The notes under the pieces are model-generated. The model saw only the letters and a program-made list of their open reading frames with translations. It made no database searches and was not told where the DNA came from. DNA of 64,000 bases, taken from contig NC_081381.1 of NCBI RefSeq assembly GCF_030684315.1, forward strand, positions 34,206,784 to 34,270,783, read 5' to 3'. Position numbers and translations under genes: made by a program. Below are positions 49,003-61,419 of this stretch, one piece after another; within the stretch, counting starts at the first letter, position 1, and each line of letters begins with the position of its first letter. Origin of the DNA: Stegostoma tigrinum. Lineage: Eukaryota.

Positions 49003-49320
49003 GGGGTGGCACAGTGGTTAACCTGCTGCCCCACAGTGCCAGGGACCCAGGTTTGATTCCAGACTCGGTGACTAACTGTGCAGAGTCTGCATATTTGCCC
49101 TGTGTCTGTAGGGGTTTCCTCTCACAGTCCAAAGATGTGCAGGTTAGGTGGTTTGGCCGTGCTAATTGCCCGTAGTGTCCGGGGACATCTAGGCTAGGTG
49201 CGTTAGCCATGGGAAATGCAGGGATAGGATAGGAGGGTGGGAATCTGAGTGGGAGGCTCTTTGGAGGGTTGGTGTGCCATCAATGGGCCGAATGGCCTGC
49301 TTCCACACTGTAGGGATTCA
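49003..49320 (+). mobile_element. HE1/V-SINE SINE in CFAP107 intron 1
   Basis: ggggtggcacagtggtta...cagtccaaagatgtgcaggttagg...ccacactgtaggga. Confidence 0.85.
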
Positions 49321-49521
49321 GAGATCCTGACAGGCCAATACGTTGCTGCGCCTTCAACTGGTTCAAAATTCTGGAACTCCCTCCCCAATAGCATCATTGA
49401 AGTACCCACATTGCAGATGTTTAAGAAGAAGATCCCCATCAACTTTTCCAGCACAACTCGAGTTGGGGAAATAAACACCAGCCTTTCCAACAACGGCCAA
49501 TTCCTGAGAATGAATATCACG

Positions 49522-49735
49522 AGTTTTGAGAAGATTTGTAGCTCAGGTTGAGGTTTCTGGATGTCAGTTCGCTCGCTGAGCTGGAAGGTTAGTTTTCAGA
49601 CGTTTCGTCACCATTCTAGGTAACATCATCAGTGAGCCTCCGACGAAGCGCTGGTGTTATGTCCCGCTTTCTATTTATCTGGTTAGGTTTCCTTGGGTTG
49701 GTGATGTCATTTCCTGTTCTTTTTCTCAGGGGATG
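49522..49735 (-). mobile_element. PLE pLTR fragment of a different family with intact hammerhead core
   Basis: Minus: CTGATGA-t-gttacc-tagaat-ggtgac-GAAAC-GTC at 49632-49599, 6-bp helix II. Confidence 0.75.
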
Positions 49736-50615
49736 GATATCACTTAATGATGGATATCACATAAATGAATATCACTTTTTTTTGAAAAACAAAATCAGAA
49801 GCTGCTGGAAAATCTCAGCAAGCCTTGCAGCATCGATGACAAGAAAGCAGATTAATGTTTCAGGTCTGGCAACCCTTCTTTGGAACTGACTATAGCTAGG
49901 AAAATGTTGGTGCATATGCTTTTATTTTAGAGGTCCAGTTCCCCAGGCAGGACGTGGCTGCAGAGCACCTTTTGGACCATCCACTGGTCAAGCTTCAGTT
50001 ACGGTTGTAAGATTCCTGCTGAGTCAATGCTATATACACAGACTCTACTGTGTTTGGCTCTCAATGAATAGTCGGTGCAGCGTGGATTTTTACTGCACAG
50101 TCTCAGACCATTCAGCCCAATTTGTCCATTTATACTGCTGTCAAATAAGGATAGGCTGGTGAAGAAATGTCCTTAGCCCATTAGCAAATAAAATAAATCC
50201 TCTTCTTATTTCTCTGTATTTATCTTGTTTCCCACAAATTTAGTTGTGCTATTTGCCATTATTACTCACTGTTGCAGTAAACTGGACATTCTAGCCGGGT
50301 AAAGGATGAAGTCACCAAAGAACAGGGATCAGAAAGAGATGACCTCAGCTAGTGCAGGAATTGAACCTGTGCTCCTGGCATTACTGACCAACCATCCATC
50401 CAGCTAACTGAGCTAACCAATCCCCACAACCCACACTGACTTTAAATTAAAATGTCGATCCTGATTTCCTTTATGGGTTTAACAAACACGATCCGATGTT
50501 TACAATCCCCGTCTCTATGTGTCCCTGTGCATCAAGAACTACATCCTGAACTGAAGAGGAGTGCGGAAGGCAAAAAAAATTCACAGCTTCCATACCCAGG
50601 CTAACTGATGTCCTG

Positions 50616-51955
50616 ACACACCCACACACGCACCCCTCACACACACCCACACACATACCCCTCACACACTCCCACACACATACCCCTCACACACACCCAC
50701 ACACGCACCCCTCAGATACACCCACACACGCACCCCTCACACACTCCCACACACATACCCCTCACACACACCCACACACGCACCCCTCACACACACCCAC
50801 ACACGCACCCCTCACACACACCCACACACGCACCCCTCAGATACACCCACACACGCAGCCCTCACACACTCCCACACACATACCCTTACCACACACCCAC
50901 ACACATACCCCTCAGATACACCCACACATGCACCCCTCACACACACCCACACATATACCCTTCAGATACAACCACACACGCACCCCTCACACACACCCAC
51001 ACACATACCCTTACCACACACACTCACACATATACCCCTCACTCACACTCACACATATACCCCTCAGGGACACCCATACACACACCCCTCACACACACCC
51101 ACACACACACCCCTCACACACACCCACACACACCCACACACGCACCCCTCACACACACCCACACACATACCCCTCACACACACTCACACATATACCCCTC
51201 ACACACACCCACACACACACCCCTCACCCACACTCACACACATACCCTTACTACACACACTCACACATATACCCCTCACTCACACTCACACATATACCCC
51301 GCAGATACACTCACACACACACCCCTCACACACACCCACACAGATACCCTTACTACACACACTCACACATATACCCCTCACTCACACTCACACATATACC
51401 CCTCAGATACACCCACACACACACCCCTCACACACACCCACACACATACCCTTACCACACACACTCACACATATACCCCTCACTCACACTCACACATATA
51501 CCCCTCAGATACACCCACACACACACCCCTCACACACACCCACACAGATACCCTTACTACACACACTCACACATATACTCCTCACTCACACTCACACATA
51601 TACTTCTCAGGTACACCCACACACACACCCCTCACCCACACTTACACATATACCCCTCACCCACACCCTCACATGTACCCCGGCCACACCCCCATGCATA
51701 TAACCCTCACACACATCAACACACATACCCCTCACACACACCCACATGCATACTCCTGACGAACACCAACACATATATCCCTCATACACTCTCGCAGGTA
51801 TACTCTTACACAGACTTGCACATTTACCCTGACACACACCCACAAACATACCCCTAACACATGCCCACACATATACCCCGACACACACGCACCCTCTCAC
51901 AGACAAACGAATATTCCTCACATCCCCACAAATACCCCTTCCCCACACACACAGA
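50616..51955. repeat. CA-rich minisatellite (about 22-bp unit, cacccacacacatacccctcacac)
   Basis: About 1.3 kb of tandem variants; source of spurious His/Thr/Pro ORFs. Confidence 0.95.
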
Positions 51956-53269
51956 CCTATAACCATAGAGTAGTTACAGCAATGGAAGGAGGCCAGTCTG
52001 CCCAATGGACACATAGTGGCTCATGGATAACAAGGTGTGAAGGGGGATGAACACAGCAGGCCAAGCAGCATCAGAGGAACCAGAGGTTCCAGTCGAGACC
52101 CTGGCTCTTTGCAGGTTTGAGTTAGTCCCATTTCCCTCCCTTTTCCCCTTTGAAAGCTTCACTTGAATCTGCCCCCATCCAGAGCCGAAGCACATGCTGC
52201 ACAAAGAAGACTTTCCTCATGTTGGCTTCGGTTCTTATTCCAAACACTTTCGACTGGTGTCATCTCGCTTTCGATCTTTTTCCCAGCTGGTTTAATACCT
52301 GCCAATCTGCTTGTCACAATTTTGAACACCTTGATGAAATCTCCTCTGAACCTCGTGTTCTCTAGGGACAACGGCCCCGACCTCTCACATCACAGAAGTA
52401 AATTATTCCTGGTACAGTACTGGTAAATCTTTGCTATCTACTCTCGAATAGCTTCACGTCCTTCCTAAAGTTTGTTGCTCAGAATCTTATGCTATATTCC
52501 AGGTGGTGCTGAGCTTGTGTTTTATAAGATCACAATGTCTTTTCTCTTTCACTTTCGGTCAGCATCGTTTGAAACTGCTCATTCGTCACCTCTGGAGGGG
52601 AGAGCGGGTAATATCACAGGAGCAGTGAGGTCTCCTGTGGCAAATTTAAATGTGGTTAATTAACCCAGAACATAAAGCCAGTATGTGTAAAGGTGCCCTT
52701 TTTATGTTGTAAAAACCCCTCTGGTTCACAATGCCCTTCAGAGCAGGAAATCTGCCATTTTTACCTTCACTGGCCTACATGTGACTCGCTGCAGCATTGT
52801 TAACTCGTAAGTGGCTGAGCAGAGCACCCCACCCAAAGGAAATTTGAGACGGATAACAACACTGAGGTTGCCAGCAATGCTCAAGATGAAAATTGGGACA
52901 AAAACATCCCTCTCTGCAAAATGATTTGTTATTCAACTTGACTGGGCAGCCCAGTAAGGTCAAAAGCATCCAATACATTCACTGGTGCACCGACCAATCT
53001 GTTGACTTTTTCCTCAGATATTGGTGATGATGAAGATGAAACTGATGATGATGGGGTCCATTTCATCTCCGTTTGTCATTTGCGATCCAACAGCCTCCAG
53101 CATGAGCTCACTCTGAAAGTTTGGACCGCGAAGGGAGGAAGCCCAGTCCCATCCTGACCAAGAAGGTGAGAAAAGCCAAGGATTTTCAGCAAAAGGACAA
53201 ATTGAATGGCAGAGCCAAAATGAAAGTGTTTCTGTTTAGCGTCCAGAGTCTGAACCCTGTCACAGGCGC

Positions 53270-53535
53270 AAAGACACGCACACATGCATACACACACAGA
53301 CAGAAACATAGCAACACACACACATGCAGACAGAAACATACACAAACACACGCACACGTATACACACACACAAGCACAGAAACATAGCAACACACACACA
53401 CACGCCCACACGCATGTACACACACAGAAACATAGCAATGCACACACATGCAGACACACAGAAACACACACACAAACACAGAAATAGACAGACACACAGA
53501 AACACACACACACACACTCTTACACAAACACACAA
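53270..53535. repeat. CA-rich simple repeat
   Basis: (cacacaga aacatagcaa)-type units. Confidence 0.9.
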
Positions 53536-53805
53536 TCCCTCCAACCCTATTGCTGCACTTGTTTCAAACTTGCAACATCTCCCAGTTCTAATGAAAGATC
53601 ACTGACTGGTTTCTCTCACCTACGATGTATTTCCAGCTATGCCCGCTTTTATGCTAGATTCCCGGCAGCCTCACTATTTTGCTTTTCTCTCCTTCCAGCC
53701 CGCACATGGCAGTGTGCTCCCCAGAGCCATCTTAGGGCTGGAAGTGACCTTCATTCATCTGCCCTGACCCCATCCTCCCAGCCCCATGTGGTCCCTCCAT
53801 CTTAC

Positions 53806-53940
53806 CTTCTCCCTTTCCTCTGCCCAGTTGCCAACCAGCACTCGGTTCTGATAGTGCTGCTGTATTTTCCAGCTGGGCAGTGTTGCCAAGGGGTCAGGAG
53901 CAAATCGATCTTCATAGGATATAGGGCAAAGGGATGCCAT
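53806..53940 (-). CDS. CFAP107: CFAP107 (C1orf158; ciliary microtubule inner protein) coding exon 1
   Basis: gtcATGg Kozak; MASLCPISYEDRFAPDPLATLPSWKIQQHYQNRVLVGNWAEEREK|gtaag, like recalled human PLSTPSWQIETKYSTKVLTGNWMEERRK; four exons give 196 aa. Confidence 0.92.
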
Positions 53941-53998
53941 GACTCTGCAGGAGTGTGTGCGCCAGGCTTAGATGCATGTGTGTCACTTTCAGCACCTT

Positions 53999-54020
53999 TG
54001 TTTACCGTTTCCATGGAGAC
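53999..54020. promoter_or_regulatory. Adjacent forkhead (TGTTTAC) and RFX X-box (GTTTCCATGGAGAC) motifs in the CFAP107 promoter/5' UTR
   Basis: TGTTTAC 53999-54005; X-box 54007-54020 (reverse GTCTCCATGGAAAC), 59-80 nt upstream of the ATG of a motile-cilia gene. Confidence 0.7.
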
Positions 54021-54106
54021 CGCCTTCAGCAACACTCCACTCAGAACAAATGCTGGGCATCCACCAGGTCTCATCTCCCTGTTCCTCAAATATTTACTTC
54101 AGTCCA

Positions 54107-54236
54107 GAGATAATGGGAACTGCAGATGCTGGAGAATTCCAAGATAATAAAATGTGAGGCTGGATGAACACAGCAGGCCAAGCAGCATCTCAGGAGCACA
54201 AAAGCTGATGTTTCGGGCCTAGACCCTTCATCAGAG
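54107..54236 (-). mobile_element. Short PLE pLTR insertion with HHR core and 10-bp TSD
   Basis: CTTCAGTCCA at 54097-54106 and 54237-54246; HHR core 54207-54234. Confidence 0.85.
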
Positions 54237-54402
54237 CTTCAGTCCATGTGGTTCTCATTAAGGGTCTTGTGACACAATGGTAGTGTCCCTACCTCTGAGC
54301 CAAGAGGCCTACCTACTCCGAAGGTGTATCGTAACATTTCTGAACAAGATGATTAGAACATTTCTACATGGACTCCAATAAGGCTCTGGTGACAAACCGT
54401 CA

Positions 54403-54958
54403 AAAATCACACGAGACCAGGTTATAGTCCAACAGGTTTATTTAAAAGCACAAGCTTTCAGAGTCTCGCTCCTTCCTCAGGTGTCAGTGAGGGAGGTGAC
54501 ATCAAACACAGAAATTATAAGCAATCAATCAAATGGTCACAGAACTGATGCGAATATGTTGAGCAAACCTAACTTGGGTGTTAAATCTTTAATCACTTAG
54601 AAAGGATTAATATGCAAATCCCAGCATTTCTTTCAAGTCACTTCCCCGAGGTAACGAAAGGTTTATTTAAAAGTTCAGCATACCAGTGAAATTCTGGGAT
54701 TGGCATATTAATCCTTTTTAACTGATTAAAGATTCAGTAGCCATCTTAATGTTTGTTCAACACATTCACATCAGTTCTGTGATCCTTTGATCGTTTGCTT
54801 ATAAATTCTGTGTCTGATACCACCTCTCTCACTGAGACCTGAAGGAGGAGTGAGACTCCGAAAATTTGGGTCTTCAAATAAACCTGTTGGACTATAAATT
54901 GGTGTCATGAGATTATTGACCATGTTCACCCAAGTCCAACAGCTGCACCTCCACATCC
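54403..54958. repeat. Long palindromic PLE-derived element (about 200-250-bp inverted arms)
   Basis: ttatagtccaacaggtttattt / aaataaacctgttggactataa and attaatatgcaaatcccag / ctgggattggcatattaat are reverse-complement pairs. Confidence 0.8.
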
Positions 54959-55454
54959 TGGTGGTAGAGTGGCAGTGTTCCGAGAAAACCAAGCCCGGAA
55001 AGTCTGGGTTCAAGTCCCGCTTGTGTCAGATGTGCGACCAATAACACGATCTGAACAGGGTAAAAATATATGTTGGACATTCCCTCCCACCCCATTCCCA
55101 ACAAGATGTGCAATGTTAAAGCTGATTCCTGGATGCACCTTCATTCACTCTCTTGGATCTAACTCCATGGCACTGCCTTCATTGGACAACAGGCAGAGAT
55201 TTGGGGAATTTCTTCACAATAGGAGATGAGCAATTGTAGGTGAGAGCAACAAAGATGGTGGGTTTGTTTACAAAATAGCATGTTGCTGTAATTGGGAGAA
55301 GGTACAGTTCATATTCTGCAAATATTGATGGGCTGAAGGGCTTTCTTCATCTTGTGATCTATACAAAATGAAGTAAGTAATTGGGCATCAGATTTTCCTT
55401 ACACTGAAGGACTTCATTCTAGCTCTCTCTCTACTCTCTATAGCAGAAATACCT

Positions 55455-56200
55455 GTAACACTTAATGGTAAGGTCCTGGGGAGTGTTGCTGAACAAAGAG
55501 ACCTTGGGGTGCAGATTCATAGCTCCTTGAAAGTGGGCTCTCAAGCATACAGTATAGTGAAGAAGGTGTTTGGTCACTGGCCTTTATTGGTCAGTGCACT
55601 GAATATAGGAGTTGGGAGGTCATGTTGCAGCTGTACAGGACATTGGTTCGGCCACTTTTGGAATAACGTGTGCAATTCTGGTCTCCCTGCTGTAGGAAAG
55701 CTGTTGTGAAACAAGAAAGTGTTCAGAAAATATTTACAAGAATGCTTCCCGGGTTGTAAAGTTTGAGCTATAGCGAGAAGCTGAATAGGCTGGGGTTATT
55801 TTCCTTGGTGCATCGGAGGCTGAGGGATGACTTTATAGAGGTTTCTAAAATTATGAGTGGCATGGATAGAGTGAATAGCCAAGGTCTGCTCCCCAGGGTA
55901 CAGGAGTCCAAAAACTAGAGCGCATAGGTTTAAGGTGAGGAGAAAGGTGCAAAAAGGACCTAAGGTGCAGCTTTTTCACATAGAGGGTAGTGCGTGTATG
56001 GAATGAACTGTCAGTGTAGGTGTTGGAGGCTGGTACAATTACAACATTTAAAAGGCATCTGGATGGGTGTATGAATAGGAAGGGTTTAGAGGGATATGGG
56101 CCAAATGCTGTCAAATGGACCTAGATTAATTTAGGATAGCTGGTCAGCATGGATGAGTTGGACCAAAGTGCCTGTTTTTGTACTGTACATCTCTGTAACT
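55455..56200 (+). mobile_element. CR1/HER1 LINE 3' fragment
   Basis: EQRDLGVQIHSSLKV...LVRPLLE..VQFWSP...; same 3' UTR as 29755 copy. Confidence 0.85.
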
Positions 56201-56704
56201 CTATTCCATTATTCCTTTAGCACGCTCTGCACAAAGCCCCAGACATATCAGTTTGTGCTGGCCCCACTCTGCCTGGTCAAAGCCATATTATTTACGATCT
56301 CACAGTGATTATTTAGCCCCCTAATACCCACACCTATCTCAGGTAATGGGATTTACAACACAGGCAGAAACTGGGGTCATTGTGACTCAGTCATAAAGTC
56401 CCACTGCGTAGCAGAAGCAGACCATCTGACTGGTAATGTATCAGTCCACAAATAGACTCTTAAATAACCACTGTTTTCTATTAAACAACTGATCCACGTT
56501 AAAAAAAATAGAAGTCAGCAAACAATGACATCTGTAGTGATTGCAACAGGGTCAGTCAGGTGGACCTCATAGAATATGAGTTCCATGACTGGAGTTATTA
56601 ATCTGGTCCAAGTAGGGAGCCCTGGCTGACTCCTGGCTATCAGGAGTGTCAGAGGTTCTGTTCACTCTGAGAGCTGTCTCTGTGTCAAGGACTCTCCACA
56701 TTTT

Positions 56705-57005
56705 CATAGAGTCCCTACAGTGTAGAAACAGGTCATTTGATGCGGCCAGTCCACACTGACCTGCCAAAGACCAACCCATCCACCCTCTATTTTCCAATGG
56801 CTAACGAGCCTAACCGACTCATCCATGGACACTATGAGCAATTTAGCATGGCCAATCCACCTAGCCTGCACATTTTGCACTGTGGCAAGAAACCAATGCA
56901 GACACAGGGAGAATGTGCAAACTCCACACAGATAGCCACTCAAGGGTGGAATTGAACCCAGGTCCCTGGCACTGTGAGGCAGCAGTGCTAACCACCATGC
57001 CACCC
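56705..57005 (-). mobile_element. HE1/V-SINE SINE
   Basis: Reverse gggtggcatggtggttagcactgctgcctcacagtgccagggacctgggttcaattcc. Confidence 0.85.
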
Positions 57006-57969
57006 AAGTGTAAATAAAGGGTGACTTGGTGATGGGATACCGACCTCTACGGAATTAATTCAACATTGACTCACTTTATAGTTCACACCGCTTTAAGCAG
57101 CAATCAAGCAACTTTTCCTTTATTGGCTCTCTTTGGCATTGACTACAAGCTTTATGTGCAGAATGTCACTCAGCATAATTGTAATCTTTGTGCTCGTTCT
57201 TCATCTGGGAGGCTGAACAGGGAATATCAGGCATCGAAATAGTATGAAATCCTGAGAAGAAAAGCGATTTTAAAAGAATCTTGTTATGAATATACAGAGA
57301 GACACAGTCTTGTGGTTCCCAGTGCTTGAATCCCTGCAGTGATACTAGTATTGCTAATAATCTGTGATCCATTCTGCTCTGTGCAACAATATTACTGAAG
57401 CACCTCTTCTTTGCACATACAAAAGTGCCAGATGTGGAGTTGAGCTTCCAGTAGGGAGTCTGTGCTGGAAATGTGACCTGTGCAGTTCATTACTTGCCAA
57501 ATATGTACATTATCAGCTATAAAATTGTGTCAATGTACATTCCAATTCCTCGTCTATTCTCCCTGCGGCAAGGCTCAGTCGGGGAGTTCAGGAAATTACT
57601 TGGAAGTGTAATCGCAGCTCTTGTAATCTTCCCCACTGCCCACTACACCATGGCTGTTTCTAAGTTTGCTCCTTTTCTGTCAACTCAAAAATTGCAAATG
57701 GAGGTGTGGGCAGTAAGGAGGTCAAGTGGAGGGAAGTCAGTTAAACAGAGTCCTATCAGTTTAAAAGAGTGACTAGAGTCTGTGACCGTGGATAGTGAGG
57801 ACTTGGTCAAACATGCGCTGATCAGAGAGAGTCAGCGTGGGTTTTCTAAAGTGAGCTAACTGATACTTTGATGTGGTGACCATGAGCGTAGACAAAGAAA
57901 TATGTATGAATCTCACACTCACCCTCCCTAACACAAAGACTCCCAGCTTCCCCGCTCCCCCAACCCCCC

Positions 57970-58444
57970 CCCACACACATATGCACGCTCATATTCACAC
58001 TCACACACATACATTCACATTCTCTCACACACACAAACACACGCACACTCATGCACGTACTCACAATATCAACGCACGCACACACACAACACAAACACAA
58101 TCATGGCACTCTTTCACACACACACGCACTCATGCACTGTCTCGTGTGCCACACGCACACACCTCACATTCATATTCACTATCACACACATGCTCACATA
58201 TTCACACACACTCACACATGCTCATATATTCACACACATTCACACACACACACTCACACCCACATATTCACACACACACTCTCACATATTCACATACACA
58301 CACACGCTCACATATACTCACACACACACACGCTCACATATTTTCACACACACACATTCACACTCATACACACGAATGCACGCACACTCAATCACACACT
58401 CTAACACACACACACAATCATGCACTGTTTCACACACACTCTTT

Positions 58445-58495
<51 letters not shown>
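57970..58495. repeat. CA-rich simple repeat ending in perfect (CA)n
   Basis: Source of His/Thr-rich spurious ORFs. Confidence 0.95.
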
Positions 58496-58499
<4 letters not shown>

Positions 58500-59352
58500 T
58501 CCCAGATATCATTCAGCATGTGGTCCCACAAAGATGATTACACGCAAAATTTACAGTAGCCTTGGACTGGAAATTATTTGAGAGTTAGGAGTGGGGATAG
58601 TGGACTGATTCAGAAACTGGAGAGTTGTGTTGCACACAGGCATCCCAAATCCATCCCAGGTGCCAACCTACCTTCGCACCCCTCCACCCAGGACACCTGC
58701 CCCCGGACTCAACACTTTCTCCGGCCACCAGACATAGCACACCATCTCTCTGCAACCCCCATCTGCCAATTCCAATTTCCTTCTCCTACAGCCCAACATT
58801 CCTCCATTTGCCCTAAACCCCCTGAGCACAACACTCATCCCTTCTCCCCAAAACCTGAAAGCCCCATAACTCTGCTAGAAGACACATCAACTCCAACCCA
58901 CATGACAACTCCTTCCTCCATTGCTATCTCACTGCCAGGCCTGATACTCCTTCCCACACCATCCTACCTTAATCTTTTACAACTTTCGCTAGTTGGCTTT
59001 TGCCCTGGCACCTAATTCATCTGGCGCTCTGCATACTTGGCACCCTAACCTACCTACTGATCTTGTATGTTTACCCTTCAATAAAAGTGATTGAAGTGAC
59101 TAGCCTTGCTGCGGGACTTTTAAAATATCAATCACAGAGTAAAGCTCCAAGTGCCCTGAAAAAGTGTGCATGGTTTGACTCCCTGTAATAATCCTACCCC
59201 ACAAGAGAGCTGCGAAATTGCAAGGATGATTAGTATTTCTGAAGGCATTAATTGGAATCCCCTGCCAGGAACGCAAAGCTCTGTATGAATGGAAAAAAGA
59301 AGGAATAGAGTGACAACCTGACTCCAACTGTCATTCCTTGGAAAACCCAGCC

Positions 59353-60136
59353 CTATATGTCTACAAGGAAGGAGACAATGTCATCAACAGCCTGTCTCCC
59401 AGATGAGAAGGTCAAGTAGCCATTGTCAAAGCAGCTGATTATCCCATGGAAGCCATCTTCAACATGGTACCAGGAAACTGGAACACCATTGTCCTCTAGC
59501 CGCTTCTTGAAAAGCAATCCATCATCCCTTAGTACATCAAACTCACAGGTCAAAATGTACGCAGGTGGCAGCTTGCCAATGGCAGCATCGCTGGCAAGGA
59601 GAGGGGCGAATGTTGGCTCTAAGCTGGGCTTCACAAGATTATAAACATCATCGTCATGCATTAGGGCAAGGTTGGGCTTGTGACCTCCGACCTGAAACTT
59701 GGCCGGGATCAGATCTGGCTTTAGCCACCTCCTGTAGTTAGTTTTGAGTTCCACAGGCAGGTGGCGACCTGACAACACATCTTCTGCTAAGGACATGTCA
59801 CCGTTCAGATACTGCAGGTAGAAGAAGACCATGCGTGTTCGAAAGAGGAGGGGCACATATTGGTTTTGTTGGTAGGAAGGCAGATTGAAGTCGACCATTT
59901 GGAGGGCTGGGTAGATCAGGACTTGGGCACGGAGGGATGGCAAATCCAAGCTCTCTTTCATGGAGGTGACTCTCAGGCAGACGGCAGCAGCCAGGTTGCC
60001 CCCAGCGCTATCCCCGCATACAACAATCCGGGTGCGGTCAACTCCGTAATCACCAGCGGTCTTGAGGAAATGCAAAGTGGCATTTAGGCAGTCTTCGAGC
60101 TGAGTGGGGTATCTGTGCTCTGGGGCAAGGCGGTAC
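59353..60136 (-). CDS. AADACL4: Arylacetamide deacetylase-like (AADACL3/AADACL4-like, HSL/GDXG lipase) last coding exon; no upstream exons recognised in the window; paralog assignment uncertain
   Basis: Acceptor gtttccccag| at 60137; YRLAPEHRYPTQLEDCLNA...CGDSAGGNLAAAV (nucleophile Ser), CEFDVLRDDG (Asp), GFHG (His), stop at 59353. Confidence 0.85.
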
Positions 60137-61419
60137 CTGGGGAAACCAACAGGAAAACATTAGACTGAGAAGGGCTAGATTTGTTTTGGGAACCCTGTTG
60201 AAGGACCCATTTCTACAGCGCTCGGCCTCATCAAGGTCGAAGAAAGACTCTCTAATGCACAAGTTGGTCAAGGTAGATTTGACAGTCAGCAGTTCTATCA
60301 CCTCTGACCTGTAGCCTTTTGACCTCAGACCACAGAAATGATTTCTGTACCTGGTGGACAGTGCGGTAGGGTGAATCATCTGAGATCTGGAGGTTTTCAA
60401 GAGTAGTGGCAAGAAAGGCAGACATGAAGCAATAAAAGTGAGGTCTTGAACACAGAAACATAGGATTTAGGAGGTGGGCTAGGCCATTCAGCCCCTCAAG
60501 CTTAGTGCATGAATTGTTAAGATCCTGACTGATCTGGCCTCTAAATTCTGGTCTACCTCCAACTGCTTTGGCTCACTTGTCAATTAAAAATCTATCCAAC
60601 TCAACCCGAAAAAAAAATCCAATGATCCAGCCTCCTAACCTCTCTGCAGAAGATTAACGGCCATCTGAAAGAAAGAAACCCTAATTTCTGTATTAATGGG
60701 AGATTTGTTATTTTTAAACAGTGTCCTCTAACTCTAGATTCTTTCATAAGCGGAAAAGTCCTGTTAGATCCTCCCTATTAGGGCCCCTCAAGATCTTAAG
60801 TGCTTCAATAATATCGCCTCTCATTCTCAAACTCCAATGTGTACAGGGTCAACATGTCCACCTTTTCCTCTTTTTGCTTCGTTTTCTTTCCTCATAAACC
60901 TGCAGAGTGGTGGGTGAAGCAAGAGGCTTCTGGTGGCAGCACCGGAACACAGTAACACCTCAGACCGTGGTATCCCGGTGAGCAAGGAGGAGGTCCCAGC
61001 TGACTAACCCTGGCCCTGGCTCGCAGGCTACGCTGAGGCTCCAGGTCTGCTGCTAGGCCTCGGCACCTGGAAGAGGAGAAGTAGCGGTCTTGGCACAGCT
61101 TGGTGGTCTCCCAGTCTGGTGGTCTCGTCCCTGTGAGGAGACCATCTTCGTCTTCAGCTTCCAAGGGTCCCAGCCGCCTGGTAGGTGGGCTCATCCAGGA
61201 GTCGTGTTCTCATCCTGGCATGGCAATCTTCTCTGGTGGAGGCTTCCGGCCAAGTGCTCCAGTGCTCCGGCATGGCGGTCTTGTCCTGGAATGGCAGTCC
61301 TGTCCCTGAATCATGGTCTCATCCGGAATAGCAGCCTTACCCTGGCTGCACCTTCAATGTATTTCATCATTCCTTAATCAGCTTTCCCCGGGCCCATGGG
61401 CCACTGACTGAAGTCTTCA

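Noticed and set aside
50928-51857. 309-aa His/Thr/Pro ORF (and similar ORFs at 53076-53605, 57873-58559)
   Set aside because: Artefacts of CA-rich tandem repeats.
18320-54246. Shared CTTCAG/ACTCAG motif in four PLE TSDs as a target preference
   Set aside because: Only four sites, and motif orientation relative to the element is inconsistent.
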